A stretch of DNA of 64,000 nucleotides from Pseudomonadales bacterium (GCA_013043705.1 JABDNS010000067.1:6175-70174), one strand, 5' to 3'. Counted from the stretch's first letter, positions 47,702-57,061 are shown. Numbers and translations are program-made. Notes: generated by a model not told the origin, from the sequence alone.

Positions 47702-49267
47702 ATGGTCGATTACTCGACGCCAGGCATTCTGGCGAGCGCAAAAAACGTATTACTGGCACCGGCGCGTTTTTACGCGGGTATGCCCAAATCGGGTGGCTTG
47801 TCGGGCCCCGCCCTGTTCGTAGTTGCGATGACCGTACTGGCGGTGTTGGTTTCTGCACTGCTATCTATTCCTGGCGCAGGTTTTTTCGCTGCGTTGAAAT
47901 TTTTTGTCGTGAAGTCGGTACTGTGGTCGTTCTGTTCGTTGCTATGGCTGGCACTGGGCTCGGCAGTTTTTTTCGGTATCTGGAAGTTGTTGGGCGCGGC
48001 AATCAATTATGAAACCGCTTTTCGCGCCACTGCCTACGCGTTTGCAATGCTGCCGGTGCTTGTGGTGCTCAAGCTCATTCCCACGCTGGGTTTGCCAGCG
48101 GGTATTCTTTACACCGGCTGGCTGCTGGTTGCCGCAAGTGTGCACGCGATGGGTTTGGGGCAGGGTAAAGCGATCGCCGTTTTTGGTGTGCTGGCGTTAA
48201 TCGCAATCTGGAACAGCTGCAATTGCGGCGATGGCGATGAAGCTGCTGCGGTGAGTTCCGGGGATGTTGAGTCGACAGCGGCTGCAGCGAAAGCCGCTTC
48301 CGGTACAAAAAATCTTGCCGAAGCGCCAGTCGATCTAACGCTGCCTGCAAAGCGCATCGACCCGCAGGAACTTGCGCAGGAACAAGGCGTGCGGCAACAA
48401 GATACACAGCAACAAGCTGCTAAAACACTGGCGGCGCCTGGTGGCAACGCGGCATTGAATTATGGCCGCAAAGACAGCGCCAGTGCGGCAACAGAGGATG
48501 CAGCCAGCGGCGCAGAAAATGCCGGTCGTGCGCTAGGCGAATTGGTGCGCGACGTGAGTGATATGGCGCGTAACGTCGGTGAGGACATTGCGGCAGGTAT
48601 AGAAAGTGGCATGCAGGAAATCGCGCCGGCCAAACAAGATGCGGCGAGCCAGGCAGTAGGTACGGGCGCTGATTCCGGCGCTAATGCATTGCGCGAATCT
48701 ACCACGCAAAAATCTAAAACCAATGCGAATGCGGAAGCTGGTGACGCTGGGCTGGATGCTGCTGCTGCTGGTGAAGCAGTGGGTGCTATTGTGCGCAGCA
48801 TTGGCGATGCAGCGCGAGAAGCGGGCCAGGGCTTTAAATCTGCGTTGCAAGAAAAGCCAGCCTCGCCCGAGCCGGGTTCCGCACAACAGCCCGCTAGTGA
48901 AGATTCTAGCGATAAGACTGCGAGCGCAACAAAAGATCTAGCTGGCACACATGGCAAAGATGGCAAAGATGGCAGCGATGCAGCTGCTGCTGTCGGTGAT
49001 TCCATTGCGCCAGAAAGCGCTGGCGAGCGCGCCAGCATTGAGCAAATGACCCCGGAACAACTTGGTGCTGCGCTGGGCGCGTTCATCAACCGCTTGAATG
49101 CGGCGGCAGAAGATGCGGCCAGCGGATTCGAGCAGGGTTCGCAAGGCGCCGATGTAGAAAAAAGTGAAGCAGATACTACCGCCGGCGCTGCGGGTGAAGT
49201 GCTGGGTCGTTTTCTGAAAGGCTTTAATACGGCGGTAAGTGAATCGCCAGCAGAAGTAGAGCAGTAG
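47702..49267 (+). CDS. Yip1-domain membrane protein with long acidic Ala/Gly-rich C-terminal tail containing four amphipathic repeats
   Basis: Residues ~30-170 contain five hydrophobic segments in a Yip1-like arrangement. Residues 175-521 are low-complexity and acidic, with four related ~30-aa motifs. Confidence 0.6.
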   Translation: MVDYSTPGILASAKNVLLAPARFYAGMPKSGGLSGPALFVVAMTVLAVLVSALLSIPGAGFFAALKFFVVKSVLWSFCSLLWLALGSAVFFGIWKLLGAAINYETAFRATAYAFAMLPVLVVLKLIPTLGLPAGILYTGWLLVAASVHAMGLGQGKAIAVFGVLALIAIWNSCNCGDGDEAAAVSSGDVESTAAAAKAASGTKNLAEAPVDLTLPAKRIDPQELAQEQGVRQQDTQQQAAKTLAAPGGNAALNYGRKDSASAATEDAASGAENAGRALGELVRDVSDMARNVGEDIAAGIESGMQEIAPAKQDAASQAVGTGADSGANALRESTTQKSKTNANAEAGDAGLDAAAAGEAVGAIVRSIGDAAREAGQGFKSALQEKPASPEPGSAQQPASEDSSDKTASATKDLAGTHGKDGKDGSDAAAAVGDSIAPESAGERASIEQMTPEQLGAALGAFINRLNAAAEDAASGFEQGSQGADVEKSEADTTAGAAGEVLGRFLKGFNTAVSESPAEVEQ

Positions 49268-49323
49268 ATCGCATGGCATCGATTGCAGTTTGCGCACCGG
49301 CTGAATGCTAAGAGGGTATACCC

Positions 49324-50232
49324 ATGCGATGGAAAAACCGCAGGCAAAGTAGCAACGTTGAAGACCGGCGGGGTCAAAGCGCTTCACCAGGGTTGAGTAT
49401 GGGGCGTGGTTCGCCGCTGGTGCGCCTGTTGCCAATGCTAATCAGGCGGGGTGGAATAAAGGGGCTGCTATTTATTGTTGCGGGCCTGTTTATCGCTTCG
49501 CAACTGGGGCTGGATATTCCTTCTTTGCTCACAGGCGGCAGTGCGCAGCGTGCACCGGCAGGCGCTCCGGCCCAGGTTAGCGCTGAAGAGCAACAACTGG
49601 CGGAGTTTACGTCGGTTGTACTCGCTGATACCGAAACAACCTGGAACGAAATATTTCGCGCGCGGGGCCGGCAATACGAGGAGCCAAAGTTGGTGTTGTT
49701 CAGCGGCTCGGTGCGCTCGGCCTGTGGATTCGCGCAAGCAGCTATGGGGCCGTTTTATTGTCCGGGTGATAAAAAGGTTTATATCGACCTGTCTTTCTAC
49801 AATGATTTACGACAACGCCACGGTGCGCCGGGCGATTTTGCGCAGGCCTATGTGATTGCTCATGAAGTTGGCCACCATATCCAGACGGTATTGGGTATTT
49901 CTGCGCAAGTGCACAAACAAAAACAGCGTGCTTCCAAAGCGCAGGCCAACCAGCTTTCGGTAAGGCAGGAATTGCAGGCTGATTGCCTGGCCGGTGTTTG
50001 GGGTAATCATGCCGATCGCGCGCGAAGTTTACTGGAGCAGGGCGACCTGGAGGAAGCGCTTCGTGCAGCGGCGGCGATTGGCGACGATCGTTTACAAAAA
50101 CAGTCGCGCGGTTATGTAACGCCAGAAAGTTTTACCCACGGTAGTTCGGAGCAGCGTATAAAATGGTTTCGCACTGGCTTTCAATCGGGCGATATCGATA
50201 GCTGCGATACCTTTAGCGCGGCGCAACTTTAG
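49324..50232 (+). CDS. YpfJ-type neutral zinc metallopeptidase (PF04228-like)
   Basis: Characteristic N-terminus MRWKNRRQSSNVEDRRG, one TM, HExxH (AHEVGHHIQ), and conserved LQADCLAGVWG and THGSSEQR motifs. Confidence 0.8.
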   Translation: MRWKNRRQSSNVEDRRGQSASPGLSMGRGSPLVRLLPMLIRRGGIKGLLFIVAGLFIASQLGLDIPSLLTGGSAQRAPAGAPAQVSAEEQQLAEFTSVVLADTETTWNEIFRARGRQYEEPKLVLFSGSVRSACGFAQAAMGPFYCPGDKKVYIDLSFYNDLRQRHGAPGDFAQAYVIAHEVGHHIQTVLGISAQVHKQKQRASKAQANQLSVRQELQADCLAGVWGNHADRARSLLEQGDLEEALRAAAAIGDDRLQKQSRGYVTPESFTHGSSEQRIKWFRTGFQSGDIDSCDTFSAAQL

Positions 50233-50249
50233 CGCGCTGCGCATTCTGC

Positions 50250-50470
50250 GCGCTCTGCTAGCCGCAAACACCCCGCGCGCTTTGCTAGCCACGAGCGATG
50301 CGCTTGCATAACACGCTGTAAATACATCCGTGTACGCTCGACGGCAAAAATACATAATCACGATTTGGCCGCGCTTTGCTAGTCGCGAGTGATACGCCTG
50401 CATGACACGCTGTAAATACATCCGTGTACGCTCGACGGCAGCGTCCTGCTGCCGACGGTCATGCAGGCGC
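50250..50470. repeat. Intergenic tandem direct repeat (two 70-bp copies, period 94 bp, plus a partial third head) with nested inverted repeats
   Basis: Copy A (50277-50346) and copy B (50371-50440) differ at 6 positions, all transitions. Their last 36 nt are identical. A third 16-nt head sits at 50250-50265. There is a 12-bp inverted repeat, CGCCTGCATGAC (50395-50406) / GTCATGCAGGCG (50458-50469), enclosing a 7-bp hairpin CGGCAGC-GTCCT-GCTGCCG (50436-50454). Confidence 0.85.
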
Positions 50471-50499
50471 AATCCCTCGTGCCTAGCCTTCGCGCTGCG

Positions 50500-51069
50500 C
50501 TATTTAGCGGCGGGCTTAGAAATTTCGTTTAGTAGCTTGCTTGTAATGGCTTGTACATCCATGTCATCACAGTGGATTATCTGTGTAGCTGCAGCGCGGT
50601 AGAGCGGCTCGCGCTCAGCGTAGAGTTGCTCAAGCGATTGATTTTCGGGCCTGGCCAGTCCGCGCTGGTGTTCATCGCCGGCCTGCACCCTGGCAATCAT
50701 CGTTGCTGGACTAATGTGCAAATAAACCAGCGTGGTGATATCACGAAGCTTTCGCATGGCACCGTCGCTATACACGGCGCTGCCCCCGGTAGCAATGATA
50801 CAGGGTTTGCCTGCCTCTACGTTCAGCGCAAAAATTTCCTGCTCCTCCCATTCGCGCAATGCTGCATATCCGTATTGCTGCAACAGCTGTTGCAGCGAGG
50901 CCTTGTGGCGCGATTCAATCAGGTGGTCGGTGTCGATGAACGTGGCGCCGCAGCCCGCAGCTAGCGCGCGGCCAATGCTGCTTTTGCCGGCACCTGGCAT
51001 GCCGATCAAGGCAATATTGAAGCCAGCAGCGTCTTGCGATTCGGTGTGATGCTTGGAAGTGTTGGACAA
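50500..51069 (-). CDS. Shikimate kinase family protein (atypical paralog)
   Basis: P-loop LIGMPGAGKSSIGR, DTD motif FIDTDHLIE, and overall AroK-like length and order. The shikimate-binding GGG motif reads ATGGSAV. Confidence 0.6.
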   Translation of the reverse strand: MSNTSKHHTESQDAAGFNIALIGMPGAGKSSIGRALAAGCGATFIDTDHLIESRHKASLQQLLQQYGYAALREWEEQEIFALNVEAGKPCIIATGGSAVYSDGAMRKLRDITTLVYLHISPATMIARVQAGDEHQRGLARPENQSLEQLYAEREPLYRAAATQIIHCDDMDVQAITSKLLNEISKPAAK

Positions 51070-51133
51070 AGTGAGGGTTTAACTGAAATTAACTGCGTTC
51101 AATTGCGCAAAACGCGGTTGCGCAATTTGGTCT

Positions 51134-51529
51134 TTAAAACAATACATTCGTTGCCAGCCAGATGCCGCCAAGCAAATAAACAAACAGTGTTGCTGTCATG
51201 CCGCCGGCGCGAAAGGGTAGCGCCTTGACGAAGCCCGCTACTTGCAAGTAGTGGGAGAGCCTGGCAAGCACCAACAGCAAGCCAAGCGCATGCAAAATAC
51301 CTGTGCCAGCGCCCGACAATTCCATCACTGCAATAATAAAAATCGCCATCGGCACAGTTTCAACGAAATTTGCGTGCGCGCGAATTCGCTTCAGCAATTC
51401 TGCATCGCCACCGTCACCCAGTGATATTTTGTTACGCATGCGATAGCCGCCAACGCGCAGGGTGATAGGGATGTACATGGCAATAAGCAATACGAGGTAG
51501 AAGCAAGTAATGCTAAGCGTAGAGGTCAT
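51134..51529 (-). CDS. MAPEG family membrane protein
   Basis: 131 aa, four hydrophobic helices, and RVGGYRMRNKISLGDGGD...LKRIRAHANFVETVP, typical of bacterial MAPEG proteins. Confidence 0.7.
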   Translation of the reverse strand: MTSTLSITCFYLVLLIAMYIPITLRVGGYRMRNKISLGDGGDAELLKRIRAHANFVETVPMAIFIIAVMELSGAGTGILHALGLLLVLARLSHYLQVAGFVKALPFRAGGMTATLFVYLLGGIWLATNVLF

Positions 51530-51667
51530 GAGGCTAATGCTCCGGCTGTTGCGGCGCGAAACGACGCGAACTAGGGTCGCTGAGTATATGCTAACTCTGT
51601 GGCATTGACACTAACCGGCCGGGCCGCAGTTCGCTAACAGCACGGCGGGGGGGTGGCTGGCGACGCT

Positions 51668-52876
51668 TTAGCGTTGTTCTGGTGCGTAGCGCTTGTATAT
51701 CGATTTGCGGCGTGCGGGGTCGATGTTTACTTTGTCGAGGTCGCCGGCGATATGCGGCACCGCCAGCAAGCGCTGGTCCATCACCTTGTACCAGAGCTGG
51801 GGAATATAGGCTACCAGGTACATACCAAAGTAGCCGGTGGGCAATTGCGGCGCGCCGTGGAAATTGCGCAGGCTTTGGTAGCGGCGTGTAGGGTTGGCAT
51901 GGTGGTCGGAATGGCGCTCCAATTGAAACAGCGCAAGATTGCTAAAAATAGAATTCGCGTTCCAGGAGTGGTGTGGCTTACACCACTCGTAGCGGCCGTC
52001 GCTGTTCTTTTCGCGTAGTAAACCATAGTGCTCAATGTAATTCGCACTACTTAGTTGCAGGTAGGCCCAAACACAATTTATGAGCAGGAACGGCAGCATG
52101 ATCGCGCCAAAAGCCGCAATCAGCCCAACGTACAGCGCGGCACTTATTGCATACGATTGCAGAATTTCGTTGTGCCAACTCCACAACGCATTGTTCCTGC
52201 GCTGCAAGCGTTTCTTTTCTGCTTCCCAGCCGCGTTTTACAGTGCCGGGAATTTCGCGCAATATAAAACGGTAAAACGATTCACCCATACGAGAGCTGGC
52301 CACATCTTCAGGTGTGGCAACATCGCGATGGTGGCCTGCGTTGTGTTCGATACAAAAATGTCCGTAGCCGGGCAACGCCAACACGATGCGCGCCAGTAAG
52401 CGTTCCAGCTTTGTGTCCTTGTGGCCAAGTTCGTGCGCAGTATTGATGGCCAGGCCGCTATAACCGCCGGCGGTGATCGCCGCAATCGTAAACGTCAACC
52501 AGGTTTGAGGTTGCGTGCCTACGAACCACGCCAGGGCCAGCAGCGTTATAAAATGTGATGGAATGGCGAGGTAGGTCAAGTACCTGAAATAAGGGTCTTC
52601 TTGCAGTTGATCTAATTTGGCGCTGTCGACATTACTGTGGTCTTCACCAACCAGTAAATCGACAATCGGCAAAATCAGGTAACCCATCAGCAATGGCAGC
52701 GCGAGTAGCCAGACCGAACCACTCCAGAGGTAGAGCGCAATTGCGGCAACCGGCAATAGCGGCATTACCGGCGATAGCATCCAAAGTAGATGCGGGTCGT
52801 TCAGCGTGTTCGATTGGCGCGTGGCGGCTACGCTATCGGCGCTTAGATCGGTTGGGGCTTGGCTCATATTTTTCAC
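51668..52876 (-). CDS. alkB: Alkane 1-monooxygenase (integral-membrane di-iron hydroxylase)
   Basis: Histidine boxes HELGHK, EHNAGHH and LERHSDHH, plus the AlkB-specific NYIEHYGL motif. 402 aa. Confidence 0.85.
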   Translation of the reverse strand: MKNMSQAPTDLSADSVAATRQSNTLNDPHLLWMLSPVMPLLPVAAIALYLWSGSVWLLALPLLMGYLILPIVDLLVGEDHSNVDSAKLDQLQEDPYFRYLTYLAIPSHFITLLALAWFVGTQPQTWLTFTIAAITAGGYSGLAINTAHELGHKDTKLERLLARIVLALPGYGHFCIEHNAGHHRDVATPEDVASSRMGESFYRFILREIPGTVKRGWEAEKKRLQRRNNALWSWHNEILQSYAISAALYVGLIAAFGAIMLPFLLINCVWAYLQLSSANYIEHYGLLREKNSDGRYEWCKPHHSWNANSIFSNLALFQLERHSDHHANPTRRYQSLRNFHGAPQLPTGYFGMYLVAYIPQLWYKVMDQRLLAVPHIAGDLDKVNIDPARRKSIYKRYAPEQR

Positions 52877-53107
52877 CCAGGTTTTGCGTGTGCAGTTTTT
52901 GTGTGGCGGCTTTCGAGGGCCAGCGATGCGTGTAGGGCAGAATTGGTGAATAGCTTAGGCGCATCGCTCACACCGCGATATAGCATATAATGACTACTTA
53001 ATTGTCTTTACACGCCAATGGGATGGCCGATATGCGACAAGTGCGTAGACAACGATGCCTTTCGGTAGCTCCGCAGATTCTTCCAGCTGGCTCGTTAAGC
53101 TATTTCC

Positions 53108-54175
53108 ATGGTAAAAAATAAGCTCTATTTTTCAGCTACTTATGCCAGGTTGCTGGCCAGGGGCAGCTATGCGGAAACGGGCATTTGTGGGCCTGAACAG
53201 CTGCTCGATGGCGCCGGGCTCAGTATGCAAGAGCTGCAACAGGCCGATTACCTGGATTGGCAAGTGGTCAGGCGCATCATGCGCAATATCGATAAAAGTG
53301 GCGCGCAGCGGGACTGGCCGGTTAAGTTCGCGAGCCAGCTGACATTGGCCAGCCACGGGCCAATGGGATTTACCGCGCTAAGTGCACCCTCGCTGGCCAA
53401 CGCGCTGGAAGTGCTGGTTGCCTATCACCCCACACGGATTGCTACGATCGAAGCTTCGCTGGGTCGCGACCCCGACCAGCCTGCCAGGCAGCGACTCTAT
53501 TTACGCGAGCTCACCGGTGATTTGCATCACGGCCGGCAGGTTATGGAAATAGCTACGCGTGTTACATTAACGCTGATTGAGGCGCTGGTTGGGCATGCGC
53601 TGGGAAGCAATGTCGAAGTGCATTTTGCCTACCCGGAACCCGATGCAGATATTGGTATGCGCGCAACCAGCGGCGTTGGCTGTACATTTAACGCGGCACA
53701 AAATTTTGTCGAAATTCCGGCATCGTGGTTACAGATGGCTTCGCCGCTCTACGACAACGCAAGTTACCATGCGAACTTGCTTAAATGTCGTGAACAGATG
53801 TCGGCATTGTTGAGTATGCAGGCCAACACCGTGGAGTGGGTGCGACAGCGTCTGGCACAAAACTTCGATCGTGCATTGGCAGAAAACCGGCCCTGCACCA
53901 ATCTCCCTGATTTATCTCGCTGCGCCGAGGCGCTACATATGTCGGGCCGGACACTTTCGCGCAAACTGGCCGATCACCAGACTTCGTTTTCGCAAATTCT
54001 TGCAGACGTGCGGCGTGAGTACGCTGCGCAGATGCTGGAGGGTAGCTACCTTCCGGTTGCCGAGATCGGTCAGTTGCTTGGTTACTCCGACGCGGCGAAT
54101 TTTGTCAGGGCGCATCGCGCCTGGCGGGGCTGCACGCCCGCAGCCTGGCGAAAGCAGCTAAAGCGGGCGCAATGA
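53108..54175 (+). CDS. AraC-family transcriptional regulator, divergent from alkB
   Basis: N-terminal ligand-binding-type domain and a C-terminal double HTH (...LSRKLADHQTSFSQIL...IGQLLGYSDAANFVRAHRAWRGCTP). Confidence 0.85.
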   Translation: MVKNKLYFSATYARLLARGSYAETGICGPEQLLDGAGLSMQELQQADYLDWQVVRRIMRNIDKSGAQRDWPVKFASQLTLASHGPMGFTALSAPSLANALEVLVAYHPTRIATIEASLGRDPDQPARQRLYLRELTGDLHHGRQVMEIATRVTLTLIEALVGHALGSNVEVHFAYPEPDADIGMRATSGVGCTFNAAQNFVEIPASWLQMASPLYDNASYHANLLKCREQMSALLSMQANTVEWVRQRLAQNFDRALAENRPCTNLPDLSRCAEALHMSGRTLSRKLADHQTSFSQILADVRREYAAQMLEGSYLPVAEIGQLLGYSDAANFVRAHRAWRGCTPAAWRKQLKRAQ

Positions 54176-54351
54176 ACCCAATTCGCTCAATTGCTGCGCA
54201 TTGTGTAGCTGCGTGTGTTGCAGCGGTGTAAAAACTCTGCCGATTGCATTGCGCGTATTCTGGTCTGGCTTGGATAATGCGTATCAAGTATTTTCACGGG
54301 CTGGCTGTATAACGCATAACATCCAAACAAACTTTCTACGGAGATTTAATT

Positions 54352-54948
54352 ATGGGCACAACAATGATGGTAGTGCTTGGAGTCGTTGCCGCGCTGCTAC
54401 TTTATGGCGTGGCGATTTATAACAAACTGGTTTCTTATGAAAACCGCTACAAAAATGCATTTGCGCAAATTGAAGTACAACTCAAGCGTCGCTACGATTT
54501 GATTCCCAACCTTATTGAAGTTGCGAAAAAGTATATGTCGCACGAGCGTGAAACACTGGAGGCGGTGGTTAACGCCAGGAATGCCGCGCAGCAGGGGCTT
54601 GCCAACGCAGCGGCTAACCCGGGCGATCCCGCCGCGGTGAAAGAGTTGAACCAGGCAGAGGGCGCATTGGCTGGCGCATTGGGTAAGTTCAACGTGGTTG
54701 TTGAAGCCTATCCAGAGCTAAAGGCAAACGAAAACATGTTGCAGCTTTCGGAGGAATTAACTTCCACTGAAAATCGCGTGGCGTTTTCAAGGCAATCCTT
54801 TAACGACGCTGCCACGTTATACAACGAATACCGGCAGAGCTTTCCGCAGGTTGTGCTGGCACCGATGTTTGGCCATACCAGCGACGCCCAGTTGATGGAA
54901 TTTGAAGATAGCGCCGCGATACAAGCTGCACCCAAAGTAGCTTTCTAG
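54352..54948 (+). CDS. lemA: LemA family protein
   Basis: N-terminal TM, then YNKLVSYENRYKNAFAQIEVQLKRRYDLIPNLIEVAKKY...ENRVAFSRQSFNDAATLYN, the canonical LemA pattern. Confidence 0.88.
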   Translation: MGTTMMVVLGVVAALLLYGVAIYNKLVSYENRYKNAFAQIEVQLKRRYDLIPNLIEVAKKYMSHERETLEAVVNARNAAQQGLANAAANPGDPAAVKELNQAEGALAGALGKFNVVVEAYPELKANENMLQLSEELTSTENRVAFSRQSFNDAATLYNEYRQSFPQVVLAPMFGHTSDAQLMEFEDSAAIQAAPKVAF

Positions 54949-55003
54949 TGCTAAGTTGGTTTTTAGGCGTGGCTATTTGCGCGGGCTATAAACGGGCTGC
55001 CGA

Positions 55004-57061
55004 ATGAATTTTTTTGAGCAGCAAGAGCGCGCTCGCACGCGCACCGGTTTGCTGGTCCTGCTTTTCGCGCTGGCCATCGTCTGCTTGATCGGGGCTACTT
55101 GCGTGCTGGTTGCCATTACTGCAACCGCAGCCGGGCCGGCGCCAATGCAGCCGGGTACTGGTGCGCATGGCCTGGTTAATTCATTGCGAGCACTGCCGCG
55201 TGAGACGGTCACCGGCATCAGCGGGCTAGTGATATTCGTTGTAGGCGTTGCTGCACTATTCAAGTTTACGCAGTTGTCGGGTGGCGGTAGCCGCGTTGCT
55301 GAAGCGCTGGGTGGCCGGCTACTAAACCCGAACACCCACGATGCTGATGAAAAACGCCTGCTTAATGTGGTAGAGGAAATGGCGATTGCCGCGGGCGTGC
55401 CAGTGCCGCCTGTTTACCTGCTGGATGAGGCGGGCATTAATGCATTTGCAGCCGGCACCACGCCGCAGAACGCAGCCATCGGCATAACCCGTGGTGCTAT
55501 TGCACAATTGGATCGCGACGAGCTGCAGGGCGTTATCGCGCATGAGTTCAGCCATATTTTTAATGGCGATATGCGCCTGAACCTGCGCTTGATAGGCGCG
55601 CTGCACGGCATCCTTGTGCTAGGCACTATTGGCTACTACTTGATGCGCTCGGCCTCTCGCGGTGCCCGGGTGTCGCGTAACAGTCGCGACAATGGCGCCA
55701 TGCCCTTGTTGTTCGTTGGCGGCGGGCTGATGTTGATCGGCTATGCCGGCACCTTCTTTGGCAATCTAATAAAAGCGGCGGTTAGCAGGCAGCGCGAATA
55801 CCTGGCCGATGCCTCGGCTGTGCAGTTTACGCGTAACCCTTTTGGCATTGGCGGTGCGCTAAAAAAAATCGGTGGCTTTGGTAGCGATGCCGCGGGCTCA
55901 AAGCTTTCTCACCCTGCCGCGGGCGAGTTTAGCCATATGTTTTTTGGCCAGGCGGTTGGCTTTTTCTTTAATAATCTGTTTGCAACCCACCCGCCGCTAA
56001 ACGAGCGGATTCATCGCATTGACCCAAACTGGCAAGCGGAATCCGTGCAAAGATCAGCGAACAACGAGGCAGCTGCAGCGCGCAAGCGTAACCAGCATGC
56101 AAGCCCGAGCGATGATCCCGCAGCAATTAGCGCGTTTGCGGAGAACCCAATAGCGACAGGTTCTGCGACAAGTCCTGCATCACAGCAGGCGGCGGCCAGC
56201 AGCGACTACCAGGCGGTCGACATTCTTGAGAGTGCGGGTCACATCAGTCGCGCACAGGTTGAAGCTGCGGTAAATATAAAGGCCGCCTTGCCGGCAGACA
56301 TTTTGACTGCGGCACACGAGCCCTACGCAGCCCGCGCGCTGGTTTGTTGTTTGTTGCTGGATCGAGATCAACTGATTCGCGACAGGCAGTTCGCCGTGCT
56401 GCAGGCGCATTGCGATAAGCCCACTTACCAGTCTGCGCAATACCTGTATGAGCAAGTGCGACAACAAGAGCGGCGCCACCTTGAAATACTGGATTTGGCA
56501 ATGCCCGCGCTTAAGCAAATGAGCGAATCGCAATTAATACGTTTCGATCATTTAATCGCGGCGCTAATTAGGGTCGACAATAAAATCGAGCTGCTCGAGT
56601 GGTCTCTGTATAACGTTTTATTATTGAGTTTGCGTCCGTCCAGGGTTAACGTTTTGTCGCCCAAGCGAACCCGAAACCTGTTGCCAATGCCCAGCCCACT
56701 CGCCTGTGTGCTGTCGGTGATTGCTTATGCGGGCGTTTACGAAAGCCTGTATGAAAGTAGCGCGCCAAGTAGCGAGCGCGGCGAGCGTGCGGTTTTGCAA
56801 AGTTTTGAGGCGGCCAGGCGGAGCCTGCAATTGGAGCAAATACAATTGGTGCCGCGCAGTCGCGTAACGGTAGGCCAGTTTATTGCGGCATTGGCACAAC
56901 TTGCGCGTACCCGGCCTTCTGGAAAGCAGCGCATTTTGAAAGCCCTGCTGGCAGTTACGTTGCATGACCGCGAGGTTCGCCCGCTGGAAATGCAACTGCT
57001 GCGCGCTATTGCATTGAGTCTCAATTGCCCCTTGCCTCCTGTCGATTCCCCTTACAAATAA
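55004..57061 (+). CDS. M48 (HtpX-like) zinc metallopeptidase with ~330-aa C-terminal extension
   Basis: N-terminal TM, HExxH (AHEFSHIFNGD), two central TMs, downstream E in REYLADASAVQFT, and THPPLNERI. Residues ~350-685 are soluble and helical, with no motif I recognise with confidence. Confidence 0.8.
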   Translation: MNFFEQQERARTRTGLLVLLFALAIVCLIGATCVLVAITATAAGPAPMQPGTGAHGLVNSLRALPRETVTGISGLVIFVVGVAALFKFTQLSGGGSRVAEALGGRLLNPNTHDADEKRLLNVVEEMAIAAGVPVPPVYLLDEAGINAFAAGTTPQNAAIGITRGAIAQLDRDELQGVIAHEFSHIFNGDMRLNLRLIGALHGILVLGTIGYYLMRSASRGARVSRNSRDNGAMPLLFVGGGLMLIGYAGTFFGNLIKAAVSRQREYLADASAVQFTRNPFGIGGALKKIGGFGSDAAGSKLSHPAAGEFSHMFFGQAVGFFFNNLFATHPPLNERIHRIDPNWQAESVQRSANNEAAAARKRNQHASPSDDPAAISAFAENPIATGSATSPASQQAAASSDYQAVDILESAGHISRAQVEAAVNIKAALPADILTAAHEPYAARALVCCLLLDRDQLIRDRQFAVLQAHCDKPTYQSAQYLYEQVRQQERRHLEILDLAMPALKQMSESQLIRFDHLIAALIRVDNKIELLEWSLYNVLLLSLRPSRVNVLSPKRTRNLLPMPSPLACVLSVIAYAGVYESLYESSAPSSERGERAVLQSFEAARRSLQLEQIQLVPRSRVTVGQFIAALAQLARTRPSGKQRILKALLAVTLHDREVRPLEMQLLRAIALSLNCPLPPVDSPYK

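Noticed and set aside
48460-49377. 305-aa ORF antisense to the Yip1-protein tail; likewise 57247..57957 opposite the zinc-ribbon gene.
   Set aside because: Both lie opposite GC-rich Ala/Glu-coding low-complexity regions whose reverse complement (GCn/nGC codons) is naturally free of stops. The products are Ala/Ser/Cys-rich nonsense.
50250-50470. Possibility that the tandem repeats are a small CRISPR array.
   Set aside because: There are only two full copies. The units are 70 bp with a 24-bp spacer, so the geometry is wrong. The copies differ by 6 substitutions, and there are no cas genes or leader in the window.
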